Below, piece after piece: positions 26,722-41,461 of a stretch of DNA of 64,000 bases; the first letter of the stretch is position 1, and each line of letters begins with the position of its first letter. This stretch comes from the human T2T-CHM13v2.0 reference genome, Homo sapiens: NCBI RefSeq assembly GCF_009914755.1, contig NC_060934.1; one strand, given 5' to 3'. The translations under genes and the position numbers were made by a program. The notes under the pieces were generated by a model that was not told the DNA's origin, did not search any database, and saw only the letters and a list, made by a program, of their open reading frames with translations.

Positions 26722-27634
26722 TCAACATTTAAGACAAGTCATCTATTAATACTATCGTAGTCACAGTATGCCACAAAAAAACAAATAACTCACAACCAAC
26801 ATGGTGTACATTAAACCAGTTACATAATATATACAAACATATATAAATAGTGTCAGATATAAACTAAACATTACACTCAAAAAGAGTTAGAGGTCTCTGC
26901 AGAATCATGTGCTCAAAGAATCTATGACTGAAAGTACATGTTAAATGCAATGCAGGATATGTAAAAGTGTTAATTATTTAAATGTTATACATTTGCATTT
27001 GCAGATGTTATTTTATAATAAGCTACTGTCCTTAAAGAATTTAAAATCATCTCAATGAAGAGCAAAGAGGAAATGAGAAAAAAAAATTCCAGGAAGGAAA
27101 TATTTTAAAGAATCTTGTGTAACACAAGTGGCCTTATGTATAATTTCTACATAAAGGAGGAGGCTGTTGTCTCATAAGTCCTTTACTAATGAACCCCCTT
27201 TAGTCTTCCCTTTGAATAGGAGGCATGTTGGGTTGAAAAAGAATGCCTTTCAGAATGAGCAATGACCCAGTGTCACTGGCTGAGGTAGGGGCAGACCTGC
27301 TCTGTCTTGGCTGGTGGCGTGGGTATTCCATGAAGCCTGCGCTGCGCCATTTTTAATAGAGACACTGTGTCCTGGTAGCTACTAGGAGAACGTTCGTTCT
27401 TACATGAAGTTATCTCCTAAGGACAATATCTGACTACAAGATGTTGTTGTCTTTTGTTTTTCTTTATACAAATGTGGCATTTTCAAGGGCTTATGCTAAT
27501 TAATTTCTTTCTTTCACAGAAAAACATGAAAGCCAAATTTGGATGTTAATCTGGATGGGATCAGCTCCTTACTCCTTGTTTGTGAAAGTCAGGCCCACAG
27601 ACTGGCATCAGGCACAGGAGGTGGGTGCTTGCAG

Positions 27635-27722
27635 AGAGGCAGAATCTCAGGTCCAACCCCAGCCCCTGCATTTTAACAGACAGCCAGGTGATTCAGAGGA
27701 AGTTTGAAAAGCACGGCTCTAG
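27635..27722. mobile_element. MER5-like hAT fragment
   Basis: gcagaatctcagg...ctgcattttaaca...ccaggtgattc...aagtttgaaaagcac. Confidence 0.6.
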
Positions 27723-28229
27723 GCTTTAAGCTTCAATTAAAGAATAGGGTCCAGAACATTCCTTTCTGGGAGTTCTCATGGCCCTTGGCAAATTGCCACG
27801 GTTCACCACTTGCTATGGGCTGCAGCTGGAAGAGCCTCTTTTGGCAAAGATCCTTACGAAATTTGGCAATAGACCAAAAAGACTTTAAAAATAGCATTTT
27901 ATACTAATTCTCCCAGATGTGATATGTCTATTTATGATTTTGGTTTGGATGTGCTGCTAATTGAGCCAAAAATAAAAGGTGCCTATTAAAATGGGTGAAA
28001 TAAATGACAAGTCACCATAAGCAACAAAACAAAAAGAAATTTAAATTTGCTAGAAGGGATATTTTAAATTAGGCTTGGTGTTTTAACTATAAAATGAAAA
28101 GTTCTGATCAATGATCACTGAAGCAACTTAAAACGATTTCACTCTTCTTTTTTAAACAAGCCCAGTTTGTATTTTTTTCATACCATAAAAATAAAATCAA
28201 CAAAGCCACTGATTAGACCAGACTCCTAC

Positions 28230-28388
28230 CTTTATATCCTGTGGATTGATATTAGGATTTGGTTGGCACTGCAGAGGTCCCAGAGTTTGAATATGGAAAA
28301 TATAGAGAAGAAATTCATCCCGGGCAGAGAAAGGCCAGCCCACCTCCAGGATGGTGTCACTGATGGTACTTGGTCCAATATTGTGCAG
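28230..28388 (-). CDS. ITGA8: Integrin alpha-8 coding exon (probably exon 25), 159 nt
   Basis: LHNIGPSTISDTILEVGWPFSARDEFLLYIFHIQTLGPLQCQPNPNINPQDIK. ttgtttacag|CTG ... AAG|gtagga, phase 0-0. Confidence 0.95.
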
Positions 28389-30004
28389 CTGTAAACAAGT
28401 GACATGTTATCTAATGACCCAGCAGAAGGCAGAGAGATAAAATCAAACTCCATATACTCTATACCCATTTTAGAAAGCATGTATTATTGGTTTTAAGTCA
28501 TCTGGACTATGACTATGGAAAATAAGAAAATTCAAAGTCGATATGGCAAGAAGCACTCTGAAAGCATCATGGGCTGGTGTTTAGAGAAAACTCTTCAATC
28601 TGTGAAGCTCTAAGAGTGGATTTCCTCAGTTGAAGACCATACTACCCTTGTCTGATAACTGTGATGCTGGTTTTAAATTTATGTTAATTTAATCATAGCG
28701 CTAGAAATTTTAATTTTGATTTTATGCCTTCAAAACTTAGTGACTGTCTCTTTACATTGAAATCTGCCTCCGCTTTCTTGACTACTGACTGTCAATTGCA
28801 ACCATATGTGATGTACTCTCTTTCACCCTCTGGAAGAATGTCCATCCATCAAGTGCCAAGGCGGGCCCATGATCACCACAGTTCATTTCGAGTGCGTGTT
28901 TCAAAGCTGAGCTCCTTCTGTTTCCATCAGCAGATCTCAAGGCAAGAAAGGCCACATCTCATAAAGAGATGAACATTTTTTAACACGTGAATCCTATACT
29001 TGGAGGACACAAAATTGTTTGCCCAAAACACTAAGTGCATTTACATTTATTCCAGTGTTTTAAAAATTTAAAGTCAGCAGGGATTTTCTTCTTTTTCTTT
29101 TTTTCTCAGTTCTGAAAATTACAGTGATCTATAAAACAATGGATAATTGCTTTTGCTTATTAGATGGCCTATTTAATTCACCTTATCAAAGAAGCTTGGC
29201 AACCATTGATATAGTATATTTTGAGTCACGAGATTAGCAATGTACACAATATTTGATGATTGCTTTTTGCACTACCAGTAGCTACCCTAAACTTTCATGA
29301 TCCACATTTATGCTAAGATTTGAAGCAGGACTGCCCTGAGAATGATTGGGTCTGAATATATTTTCAAACTTTAAAGTTTCACCATTCTTGAGCAGAAACC
29401 AGGACACACAGCTTTATTAAATTATTTGACAGCTTTTTTTTTTTCTTTTTTCCAGTGAGGTTCTTAATCAGAGTGGCCTTGGTGACTGTGTTATCCTTTT
29501 GCTATCAAAAGAGCTTAAGGCAAAGCTTTGATCCAGCTTTGGACAAGGCTCCTGAATCTGGGCCACAGGTTGGGCGGATGATGGAGGGTTTCATGCTGAT
29601 GCTGCCCAGGAGTTGAGGCATCTTCCCTACGTTTGTAAACAGTTCATCACTTTTGAAAAGGCTTTATTGTTAATCTTAGAGGATGTTATTCATGTCCCTT
29701 GTAGCTCAAGATGAAAGTCATAGTCAGAATTACTAGATTAGAGGCATGAGTTACATAGGAAAGGAACAGAAGGCATTAATCGAGAAGGAACCTCAAACAG
29801 AACGCCTTGGAACATGGTTTTACCAAAATTCCCTGCCTGGTCCCTTGAAAACGAATAGGAATAACTACTCTTTACTGCTAGCATTGACTTTATTTAAAAA
29901 AAAAAACAAAAGCAAAAACAGAGCAAAACCAAACAAAAACCTGAATAACTACTAAACTAACCCTTTGCTATATGTTGGTTTCTTTTTAGAAAATTATTTA
30001 TGTT

Positions 30005-30140
30005 TGTTTATTTTTTTATTTTTAGAGATTGGCCCTTGCTATGTTGGCCAGGCTGGTCTTGAGCTTCTGGCCTGAAGTGCTTCTCCCACCTCAGCTTCCT
30101 AAAGTGCTGGGATTACAGGCTTGAGCCACTGTGCCCAGCC
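30005..30140 (-). mobile_element. FLAM / Alu left monomer
   Basis: Monomer flanked by tatatgttgg(t/c)ttct direct repeats. Confidence 0.85.
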
Positions 30141-30221
30141 ATATATGTTGGCTTCTAACTGAAAAAAGCTTAAATGTTTCAGGTGATGGGTCAACAGATC
30201 CTCTCCCTGTTCACAACTTAA

Positions 30222-30707
<486 letters not shown>

Positions 30708-31164
30708 GCTTTTATATATATGTATATATATATTTTTTTTTTAGCACAATAATGAATAGTTCTTATTGTTTTCTGTCTGGTACCTTCTAGTTGGTGACAT
30801 TCAGTTTAAAAGATGAGTGGGTAACCTTCAGTTTAAAAGATATAAACATATCTGAAATATAGGAAAAAATGAAGTAATGTCTAGGAAGCTAGCCATTTTT
30901 ATGTCTAGGTTGTCCAAATATTTAAAAAAATGGAAATAATTAAAAACAACAATGACAACAACAATAGTAACAAGATAAAGTGTTTTCACTATGTAATGGC
31001 TTTCCTACTAAGGAACAAGTGATTATATCCAGTATTACTCAACCGAACACCCACTACACCCCACTGCAGTATGAGAGCATAACAGCATGAACCTAGGCAG
31101 TATATACAGCTCGGAACTTGGGTTGATGTCCTTTAAAATGCTATCTACTGTAGTTATAGCACTG

Positions 31165-31447
<283 letters not shown>

Positions 31448-31507
31448 TTATTTGCACAGAGCTTAAGAATAAACCCCTAACACAACTTTAACACAGACAA
31501 TGGCTAC

Positions 31508-31613
31508 CTCATAAATATGTTCCACCAATGGTCCAACCTCCTCCTCTTTGTGGGGCTCCTCTTCTGGTTCCCAGTTATGAATGGGCAGAACAATCTGCGG
31601 AGGGTGTGACACT
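31508..31613 (-). CDS. ITGA8: Integrin alpha-8 coding exon (probably exon 24), 106 nt, calf-2
   Basis: (G)[35 protein letters not shown]. gtttcag|A ... GAG|gtagcc, phase 2-0. Confidence 0.95.
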
Positions 31614-31959
31614 CTGAAACATGAAATGTCCTGTTAATTGTTAGCAATGGCCCAGGTAAAGAATGTTTTACTAGTGGACAGTATACTAACAGAAGCAGAA
31701 GAAAGTGGTTTTCAATTTATTTGAGTAGATACTCCCTACAGGGAAAAATATTGAAAGTGATGTACAGTAGAATGACTACAGTGACAGTGAAGGATCTGAA
31801 ACTGCTAGTGTAGGCTCTCCAGCCCAGAGGGCAACTATTTTATAGCATCTCATCTCGTGGGCACTAAAGAAGAGAGTGGAGAGTGTTCCTGAGTTGAGAT
31901 GAATAACCAAACTTATACATATATAAATATATACATCCATCTATTTCACATGTGAGAAC

Positions 31960-32001
31960 GTGTGTGTGTGTGTGTGTGTGTGAGTGTGTGTGTGTGTGTG
32001 T
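31960..32001. repeat. (TG)n microsatellite
   Basis: About 20 units with one GA interruption. Confidence 0.95.
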
Positions 32002-33964
32002 ATGGGTTATTTAATCCCTGCTTTAAGTCATATCAAGAAATGGGATTCTTTTTTGCAGATAAAAAAAAGTCTAGGATGCCGTGTGTTGTGTTAAATGTCC
32101 AGTTATGAAGAAATATAGTTTCTTGTTGAAGGCATCAGAGTGGAAGAGTGGTCATTGTATATTCCTCCTTTCTATATTTCTTTGGCTTCCTGGGAAAGCC
32201 AGCCCCAGAGCCAGAACAAAATAAAGTGTGATAGAGTTATAGAGTGGTCTTATAGATATCTCAAGTGTGAGAGAGAGACAGAGAGTTAAATGGTGTAATC
32301 CAGGAGTAGGATATTAACTTGACATATGATTATTTTTTCCTGCAACGTACACCTAGAAAATGAGCATTGGATAAATGACATATAACACATGGCATTATTT
32401 TATATAAAAAGCTGATTACAAACTAAATTATTATTTTTATAAAATCTTAAGAAGGGTAGTCCTCAAAACAAACCAATGTTTTCTAGCAGTTTTTAGGTAA
32501 AACATGTCTTTAAAAGAATTCGTAGACTTTCAACTGAAAGTAACCTCAACAGAAAACATCTCTTTTGGCAATCAGATGTCATAGGGCCCTTTTAAAGGTA
32601 TCCAATAATTAACATGGCCTCTGGCAACTTCAAATGTTAGCAAAATTTATTGGGTTATATTCTTACTCTAGGGCAAGTAATTTAATTTCTGTATATCTCT
32701 CTTTCTTCATCTGGAAAATTATGATAAACTCTTTGGTTTGTGTACCACAAATGTTCGGAAAACATCTCAAATGCTTTTGGTCAAAGTTAATTTGGCTGCA
32801 TTGTTTTCTAGGAATGAGTACATTTTAAAAACAGACAACCCACAGAAATGTTGCTAAATTGCATAGCTCTTTGCATATGTCCTTACTGTGCAATGTTAAG
32901 AAGAACAGGGCACAACTTTGCTGGGCTGATACCACAGACATTTCTACGTTTATATTGGTTTGTCATTATGCTATGTTCCCTTTTCTGACTTGGTTTGATT
33001 AAATCATGACAGGCTTCTGTCATCAGAGAGAAGCCCAGAGAACCTGGGTTTCTATACCAGTCTTGACAGTCTCCAAACCCAAAGCTGGCGTTTGCTTTCA
33101 GCTTGGCAACAGAGAGTTGAGTTCGTGTTCACTATCCATTGTCCATTGTGAGGTTCTAGGGAAACTTTTATTTATTTATTTATTTGCATAGAGAACAAAC
33201 ATAGCACAGAAGCTGAACACATTTTCTCTGAAAACTTTTGTTTTTATGGTCATCAGTCCACAGGACTGGCCATAAATTCCCTAGGATCATAGAATCATAT
33301 GTATTTGAATCTTGACAAGTACTATGGAGATGATATCGTCAAAACCCTTCATTTTATACATGAAAGGAAGACTGTTGTACACAGGAGTAGAGGGTTAGTT
33401 GCAGGTGAGATCTAGAGCTCAGATCCTAAGTACCATCTACTCTATTTCTAATATAAAATGCACCATGGGGGCTCCTAAGCTGCAGTGGTATTTAGTGAAG
33501 ACGACTTAAACTTCCTGGCACAGTTCTGTAACAAAAAATCAAATAGAAGTCTATGAAGAAATATATAATCTATCAAAACATCATGTCAAAATCATTTAAA
33601 AAGCATGGCTCACAAAATTCAGTTATTTACCCACCGAAGACTACTTCAAATCCAGGGAAACCATGGTAAACAATGGTTCTCTAAAGATCTCAACTAAATC
33701 AGTGAAACAGTGTTCATGGTTTTCAAAGTAAATTTTTTAGAAAGAAGGAAGAAATCAAGCAAGCAACACAGAATATATTGAACTAATTTGCCTAGGATAA
33801 ACAGCCAGTGTGGTCATCTTACGACCCTCACTGCATAGCCTTCCGTCCTAAGATGGAAGATAGAACGTTATCCCAGTAAGACCCTCAGATAAGAAGAAGA
33901 CTGGGGTACTGTTAATGGTAACAATAAACATGAGAAATGAATTTTGGGAGAAGCAAGGAATTAG

Positions 33965-34545
33965 TTTTTTTAAAATTAAACCTTATTTTGAGATAATTGT
34001 AGATTCATATGTAGTTGTAAGAAATAACTTGGAGAGATTCCATGTACCATTTAGCGGTTTCCCCAATGGTAACAGCTTGCAAAACCAAAATGTGATATTG
34101 TATATAATATCAAAACCAGAATATTGTCATTGACATAGTCAAGAACACTTCTATCACCACGAAGATCCCCTTTTACAGGAACGTCCACTTCCCTCTGTCC
34201 CTATCTCCTCCATATCTCTTGGCAACCACTAATCTGTTCCTCATTTATATAATTCTGTTATTTCAAGAATGTTATATAATTGGAATCATACAGGATGCAA
34301 TCTTTTGGGATTGGCTTTTTTGACTCTGCATACTTCCCTGAAGGTCCATCTGTCAATTGTTCATTCCTGTTTATTGTTGAGTGATATTCTATGGGATGGA
34401 TGTACCATGATTTGTTTAACTATCAACCCATCAAAGGACATTTGGGTTGTTTGCAATTTTTGGCCATTATTAACAAAGCTGCTATTAAGATTAATGTAGG
34501 GATTCTTGTGTGAACTTTGGTTTTCATTTCTCTGGAATAAAGGAA
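33965..34545 (-). mobile_element. L1MC-type 3' region
   Basis: ttattttgagataattgtagattcatatgtagttgtaagaaataac...tttccccaatggtaac. Confidence 0.8.
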
Positions 34546-36978
34546 TTAGGTTTTCAGTAAGTTGAAGTATATACGCAATCAGGAAATTCAAATCTGAGGA
34601 TTTGGTAGTGTGCTGTGAATCCTGTTTCAAATCCTTGTTTTCAAACCCTATCATTCCCAAATAGCAAAGACTACCATGTATTGTATGGAACAGTCTTAAC
34701 TGTACCTGCTGTGGATGGTATCCTATGCAAACCTCAGCTGTTCATGTTTGTGGTCTCTCTTAGTACATACCCATTCAATCCTGATTATTTTACAAAATCT
34801 GCAATCTTACCACTCTTCATGGACTCAGTGTATGTGGTGCTGTCTCTTGTGGCCAAGTTTACTTCTCACAGACATGTGCTAAACTGATCCTTTGTACCAC
34901 AAAATGCATACAAATCTGCTTAAAGATGATGTTATCTAGCTTTGAAAGAAATGGAACAATTCTCAGTATTTTTTCCCACCCAAATAAATGAATCCATTTT
35001 TGTTTATTTTTTAATTATAAAAAACAGTAGATAAAAAACTGCTTAAAATAATGCATGATAAATTACATCAGAATAAACACCATGGACCAAAAATAAAGTT
35101 CCGGGAGACGGAACATGGAAGATTTTCAAACAGTAGCTGTTTGTTCTTTGATGTATTAAACATTGAAACCAATGTTTTGCTGCATATTTGCAGGAAAGAG
35201 TTTTACTATGTAAATGGCTAAAAAGGATTTTAGCACAGTCTTAGAGAATAATCTGTGGTCAATTGTTGGACATTAATCTAGCTATTAAAGTAGCTGCTTT
35301 CGTATGAGAAACCCAATTTTAATGATCTGTTTTGATTATTGGCAAAAGTGAATAGAAATTTCCTTCTTTTTTTACTGTAAGTAATGACAGTAATATTGAA
35401 AATATTAATCTCATAAAATGGATATTGAGAATAAAGACAGTTATATTCAGCCATTAGCTGTCTTGGATTTAGTTATGTCCTAACAAATAGAAACATTTCC
35501 CAGTTTTAAATTTATTTTGGAATTAAGAACCAGTTTCAATTTATTTTTGGCTAGAAAAACTAAGATACACTAAGCTTAAAGAAGGAGACAAAAGTTCATA
35601 TACATTAATTGTAAATTTTGAAAAGATATAAAAATAAGATAGTAGAAAATAATGCTTGTGTTTTTTTCTCTGATTTTTAAAAATAGCAATTTTCTCATCG
35701 AGAGAGATAGGAGAATGAAATTAGAAGTCAACAAAAATAAAACATCGAGATTAGCTCCAAATATCTGTAAATCAAACAAGTCACTTCCCATGAGTCAACT
35801 CATGACTAAGGAAGAAATCACAAAGAAAACTAGAAAATATTTTGAGCTGAGTTATAACAAAAAAACCCAACTTATAAACATTTCGGTATGCTGCTAAATT
35901 TATAGCACTAAATGCTTATATACAAAAAAAGATCTCCAGTCAAGCATAACATTTCTGCACAGAAGAAGTAGAAATGGGAGAGAAAGTCAAATCCAAAGAG
36001 AGCACGAGAAAGGATAACAAGAAAAGCTGAAACCAATAAAATAGAAAAGAAAGAAAAAATAAAGAAAACAAAGAAAAATTAATAAAACAAAAAGCAGATT
36101 CTTTGAAAAGATCACTAAACTCTAGCCAGACTGATCAGAAAATGTAAAAAAAAAAAAAAAAAAAAGAGAAAAGGAGAAGATATAAACTGCCAATATCAAG
36201 AATGATGGAGAAGGCATCACTAGAAATCCTACAACTATTAAAAGGACAATGAGAGAATATTGTGAACAACTTTATGCCAATACATGTAACAACTTAGATG
36301 AAATAGACAAATTCCTTTAATGAGAAACTACCAAAGCCCATTTAAATAGAAATAGATATTATAAATAGCCTTACATCTAAGAATGAAGTTGACTTGTTCA
36401 AAACCTTCGTACAAAAAAATCCCCACAAAACCCTCCAGATCATTTTACGGAGCTAGCATTCACCTGATACCCAAATCAGAAAAAGATATTGCGAGAAAGG
36501 AAAACTACAGATCAGTACTTCTTACGAACGTAGATGTAAAAGTCACTAACAAAATTTTAGCAAGTCGAATCCCAGAGTATCTAAAAAGGATAATCATCAA
36601 CACTAAATGTGTTTATTCTCCAGAATGCAAGATTGGTTTAAAATTCAAAACCAAAAATTAATCAATTCACCACTTTAATGAATAAAAAAGAAAAACAATT
36701 TAATCATCTTCATATGTACAGAATAAGCATTTGAAAAAAACTAAACATACATTCATGTTAAAAATTCTTAAGTAGAAATAAGATAGAACATCCTCAACTT
36801 GATAAAGGGTGTCCACAAAATCCCTGCAGCTGGCATCAAACTTGATAGTAAAAGGCTGAATGGTTTTCTTGTAAAATTGAACAAGGCAAGGATGTCTCTT
36901 TTTACTGCTTCTATTGATCATGCACTGGTGGTTCTAGTCTATGCAATAAGGGAAGAAAAAAAATGAAAGGCATAAGTA

Positions 36979-37622
36979 TGTAACAAATAATTTAACCTTG
37001 TCCAAGAAGAGGTCTGGCCTTTGCCCTCAGCTTCTGGGGGGTAATGAGTAAGCTCTTGGAATTTTATGCCTGATAGGAATATCTTTGTTTGCCTGGGGCC
37101 TTGAATCACAATGGATATCCTAACACTATGATTTAGAGTAGGGGTTGTTAATACCAGAAAGACCAACAATGTGATATAGAGTGGAAGCTTTGGTCACATC
37201 ATATCAATCAACTTGGAGACTGAGATCAATTACATGGGCAGATGATCAATCATGCCTATGTCATAGAACCCCAGTAAAAACTCTGACCACTGAGGCTTGG
37301 GTGAGCTTCCCTGGTAGGTGATACTCCAAGCCTATTATCACATGTCAATAGCAGAAAAGTAACATCCCTTAACTCCACAGGGGAGAAGGATGGAAACCCT
37401 GTGTTTGGTCCTTTTCCAGATTCCACAGTGTGTATTTCTTCCCTTGGCTGATTTTAATGTCTCTTCTCCCTGTAATAATCTCTGTAAGTGTAATAGCTTT
37501 CAATGAGTTCTGTGTACTTCTACTGAAGTTTTGACCCTGAGGGTGGTTTTGGGAATCACCTGAATCTGCAGTTGGCATGAAAAAGGCAGGTAATCTCGTG
37601 TGGGGACTGTCCCCTCTAACTT
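36979..37622 (+). mobile_element. MER21-like ERV LTR inserted in L1M ORF2
   Basis: tgtaac...aaccttgtccaagaagaggtctggcctttgccctcagcttctggg start. L1 sequence stops and resumes around it. Confidence 0.7.
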
Positions 37623-37974
37623 TATAATTGGATAAACTTTTACATATGCAGATGGGAAAATAACAAAAAAGTCTTTATTTGCAGACAACATAGTTTTATA
37701 GAAGATACTAGGAAATGTGCAAACAAAAAACTACTGGAATTTACAAATGAATTTGTCAAAATCTCAGGATACACTCCTACATTTCAAGCCTTATTATTAT
37801 ATAGATTAGAAAGATGTGCATACATACATACATACATCAATAGAAGAGAATAGCAAATCCAGAAATAGACTCTCACATATAATAATGGATTTTCAACAAA
37901 GGTGCCAAAGTAATTCAGTGGGGGGAAAAATGGTTTTTTCAACAAATGGCACTAGGTATTCATGTGTAAAAGTG

Positions 37975-38283
37975 GGCCAGGTACGGTGGCTCATGCCTGT
38001 AATCCTAGCACTTTGGGAGGGTGAGGCAGGAAGATTGCTTGAGGCCAGGAGTTCAAGACCAGCTTGGGCAACACAGTGGGACCTCATCTCCACAAAACGT
38101 TTAAACATTAACTCAGCATGGTGGCGCATGCCAGTAGTCCCAGCTACTTGGGAGGCTGTGGTGGGAGGATCACTTGAGCTCAGGAGTTGGAGGCTGCAGT
38201 GAGCTTTGATTGTGCCACTGCACTCCAGCCTGGGAGATAGAGTGAGACCCTGTCTCAAAAAAAAGAAGAAAAGAAGAAAAAGA
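37975..38283 (+). mobile_element. Alu (AluJ-like)
   Basis: Full-length dimer within L1M. Confidence 0.9.
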
Positions 38284-39104
38284 ACCTTGGCCCTCACCTC
38301 ACACCAGATACAATTAGCTTATAATTATAGATCCAAGTGTAAAAGCTGAAATTATACAACTCCTAGAAGAAAATACAGGTGAAAATCTTTGTGACTTTGG
38401 AACAGTATTATTTCAAATTAGGACACAAAGAACACAAAACATTAAAAAATCAACTGGATTTCATCAAACTTTTGCTTCTTGAACATCACTATTAAGGAAA
38501 TATAAAACCAAACTATAGACTGGGAGAAAATAATCGCGGGACACATATTTGGTAAATGGCTTTGTATACAGAATTTATAAAGAACTTCTACAACTCGATA
38601 ATAAGGAGACAGAAAACCCAGTAATAAATGGGTAGAAGATTTGAAGGGATACTTCACCAAAAATGAGATATTGATGGCAAATAAGCACTGAAAAGATGCC
38701 CAATGTAACTGGTCATTAAGCAAATGAAAACTAAAAACTCAGTGGAACACTATAGGCTTACTAGAATGACTAAATACAAACCAACATAAAGCACATGCTG
38801 GCAAAAATGGTGCATGACTGCAACTCTCATGCATGGTTGGTGGGAATGAAGAATGGAAACAGTATAGCCTTTCTGGAAAACAGTTGCACAGTTTCTTATA
38901 AACATACACATATCATACAACTCGGTAATTCCATTTGTGAAAACAAATGTTCCAACAAAGACCTGCACATGAATACTTATAGCAGCTTTATTCTTCATAG
39001 CTCAAACTGGAGACAATTCAAATGTTCACCAATGAGTGAATGGATGAACAATTCACTGGACATCCATCCATACAATGGAATACTTCTCAGCAGTAAAAAG
39101 AAAC

Positions 39105-39549
39105 CATCATAGCAAAGACTTGGAACCAACTGAAATGCCCATCCAGATAGACTGGATAAAGAAAATGTGGCACATATACAATGTGGAATACTATGCAGCC
39201 ATAAAAAAGGATGAGTTCATGTCTTTTGCAGGGACATGGATGAAACTGGAAACCATCATTCTCAGCAAACTAACACAGGAACAGAAAACCAAACACCACA
39301 TGTTCTCACTCATAAGTGGGAGTTGAACAATGAGAGCACGTGGACAACAGGGAGGGGAACATCACACAGCGGGGCCTACTGGGGGATGGGGGGCTAGGGA
39401 AGGGATAGCATTAGGAGAAATACCTAATGTAGATGATGGGTTGATGAGTGCAGCAAACCATCATGGCACTTGTATACCTATGTAACAAACCTGCACGTTC
39501 TGCACAGGTACCCCAGAACTTAAAGTATAATAATAAAAAAGTATATATA
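39105..39549 (+). mobile_element. L1PA 3' end inserted into L1M
   Basis: ORF2 C-terminus DWIKKMWHIY...FMSFAGTWMKLETIILSKLTQEQKTKHHMFSLISGS* plus 3' UTR, 11-bp TSD taaaaagaaac. Confidence 0.9.
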
Positions 39550-39963
39550 TAAAAAGAAACTGTCTACTGATACATTCAAGAACACAGATGTTTCTCAAGT
39601 GCGTTAGGTTAGGTGGAAGAAGCCAGCACCATTCCCAATGACTTGCATAACATTATAGATCATTCCGGAAAAAGGCAAAACTATAGTGACAGAAAATAGG
39701 CCAAGCTTGCCAGGGTCTCGGGGTGGGGAAGGGTTGGCTATAAAGTAGTCCAAAATAACTATGTGGAGTGATGGTACTGTTCTATATTGTATGTTCTTTT
39801 GATGTCATAACTTCTTCAACTGGACACCTAAAAAGGATGAATTTTACTTTATGTAATTTACATTCCAATAAATCTGACTTTTCAAAAACCCCACAAACTC
39901 CATAAACTGTTGAAAGATATTGGTAATCTTTGTAACTGATAAAGGATTAGTGACTAAACTCTA

Positions 39964-40424
<461 letters not shown>

Positions 40425-40788
40425 TTAGGAATCAGGGGACCGCAAGTTAAACCTTCAGTAAGGTACCATTTCTTGTCCACCAGACTGGCTCAAAAACCAG
40501 ATCATGTTGAGAGTTAGCTGATAGTGTGGGATAACAGAAACTTCACCCACTTCTCACAGGAGTGTAATTTGGCATAAGTATTTTGAAAAAGAGTTTGATA
40601 TTATGTAGTAAAGTTAAATAGAGCATACTCTCTGATCCTGAATTTCCACTTCTAAGTATATCCTCTGCTGACATTCTTCCCCCTGTGTACTGGAAGATAT
40701 GTACAAAAAACAATTGCAAAAAGGAAAATAATAAAAGCCCTGCATTTTCATCCAGAGTAGAATAGATAAATAAATTATGGTATATTTT

Positions 40789-41069
40789 GGCCGAGCATGG
40801 TGGCTAAGGCCTGTAATAATCCTAGCACTTTGGGAGGCTGAGGTAGGCAGATTCACCTGAGGTCAGGAGTTTGAGACCAGCCTGGCCAACATGGTGAAAC
40901 CCTGTCTCTACTAAAAATACAAAAATTAGCCGGGCGTGGTGCATGCCTGTAATCCCAGCTACTGAGGAGGCTGAGGCCCGAGAATCACTTGAACCCAGGA
41001 GGTGGAGGTTGCAGTGAGCCGAGATCAGCCTGGGTGACAGAGTGAGACCCAGTCTCAAAGTAAAATAAG
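40789..41069 (+). mobile_element. Alu (AluS) with a deletion of about 15 nt in the right arm
   Basis: gccgagatc^agcctgggtgac. Confidence 0.9.
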
Positions 41070-41430
41070 ATAAACGATGGTATAGTTTTACAGTGTAACA
41101 CTCAGGCAGTTGACATGAGTGAATTACAGGCACGTGCACTAAAATGAATCTCAAAAACATTGGTTTGAATGGAAAAAAATTAGAAACATACATAAAATAC
41201 GATTTTATGTAGATAAGTTTCAAAAAACTATATCCCAGGCAGGATAGCATGATCATTTCTGAGCATGAGCTCTGGAGACAGTTGCCTATATTTACATTCT
41301 GGCATTTTCTAGTTTAACCTTCAACTCCTTGTGCCGCAATTCCCTCACCTGTACAAGGAGGATACTAGTTCATTTATAAGATGGGCTAACTTGGAGTAGC
41401 ACCCAGAAGGGAACAGTGTATGTTAGACAT

Positions 41431-41461
41431 TGCTATTATTCTCTAATCCGCTAGGGGGCGC
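41431..41461 (+). promoter_or_regulatory. Candidate CTCF binding site
   Basis: ccgctagggggcgc (41448-41461) matches CCRSYAGRKGGCRS at 14/14. Motif only, no binding data. Confidence 0.6.

Noticed and set aside
36383-36661. Reverse-transcriptase-like ORF
   Set aside because: Fragment of a heavily mutated L1M ORF2 with stops, frameshifts, nested insertions and a broken catalytic motif (FADN).
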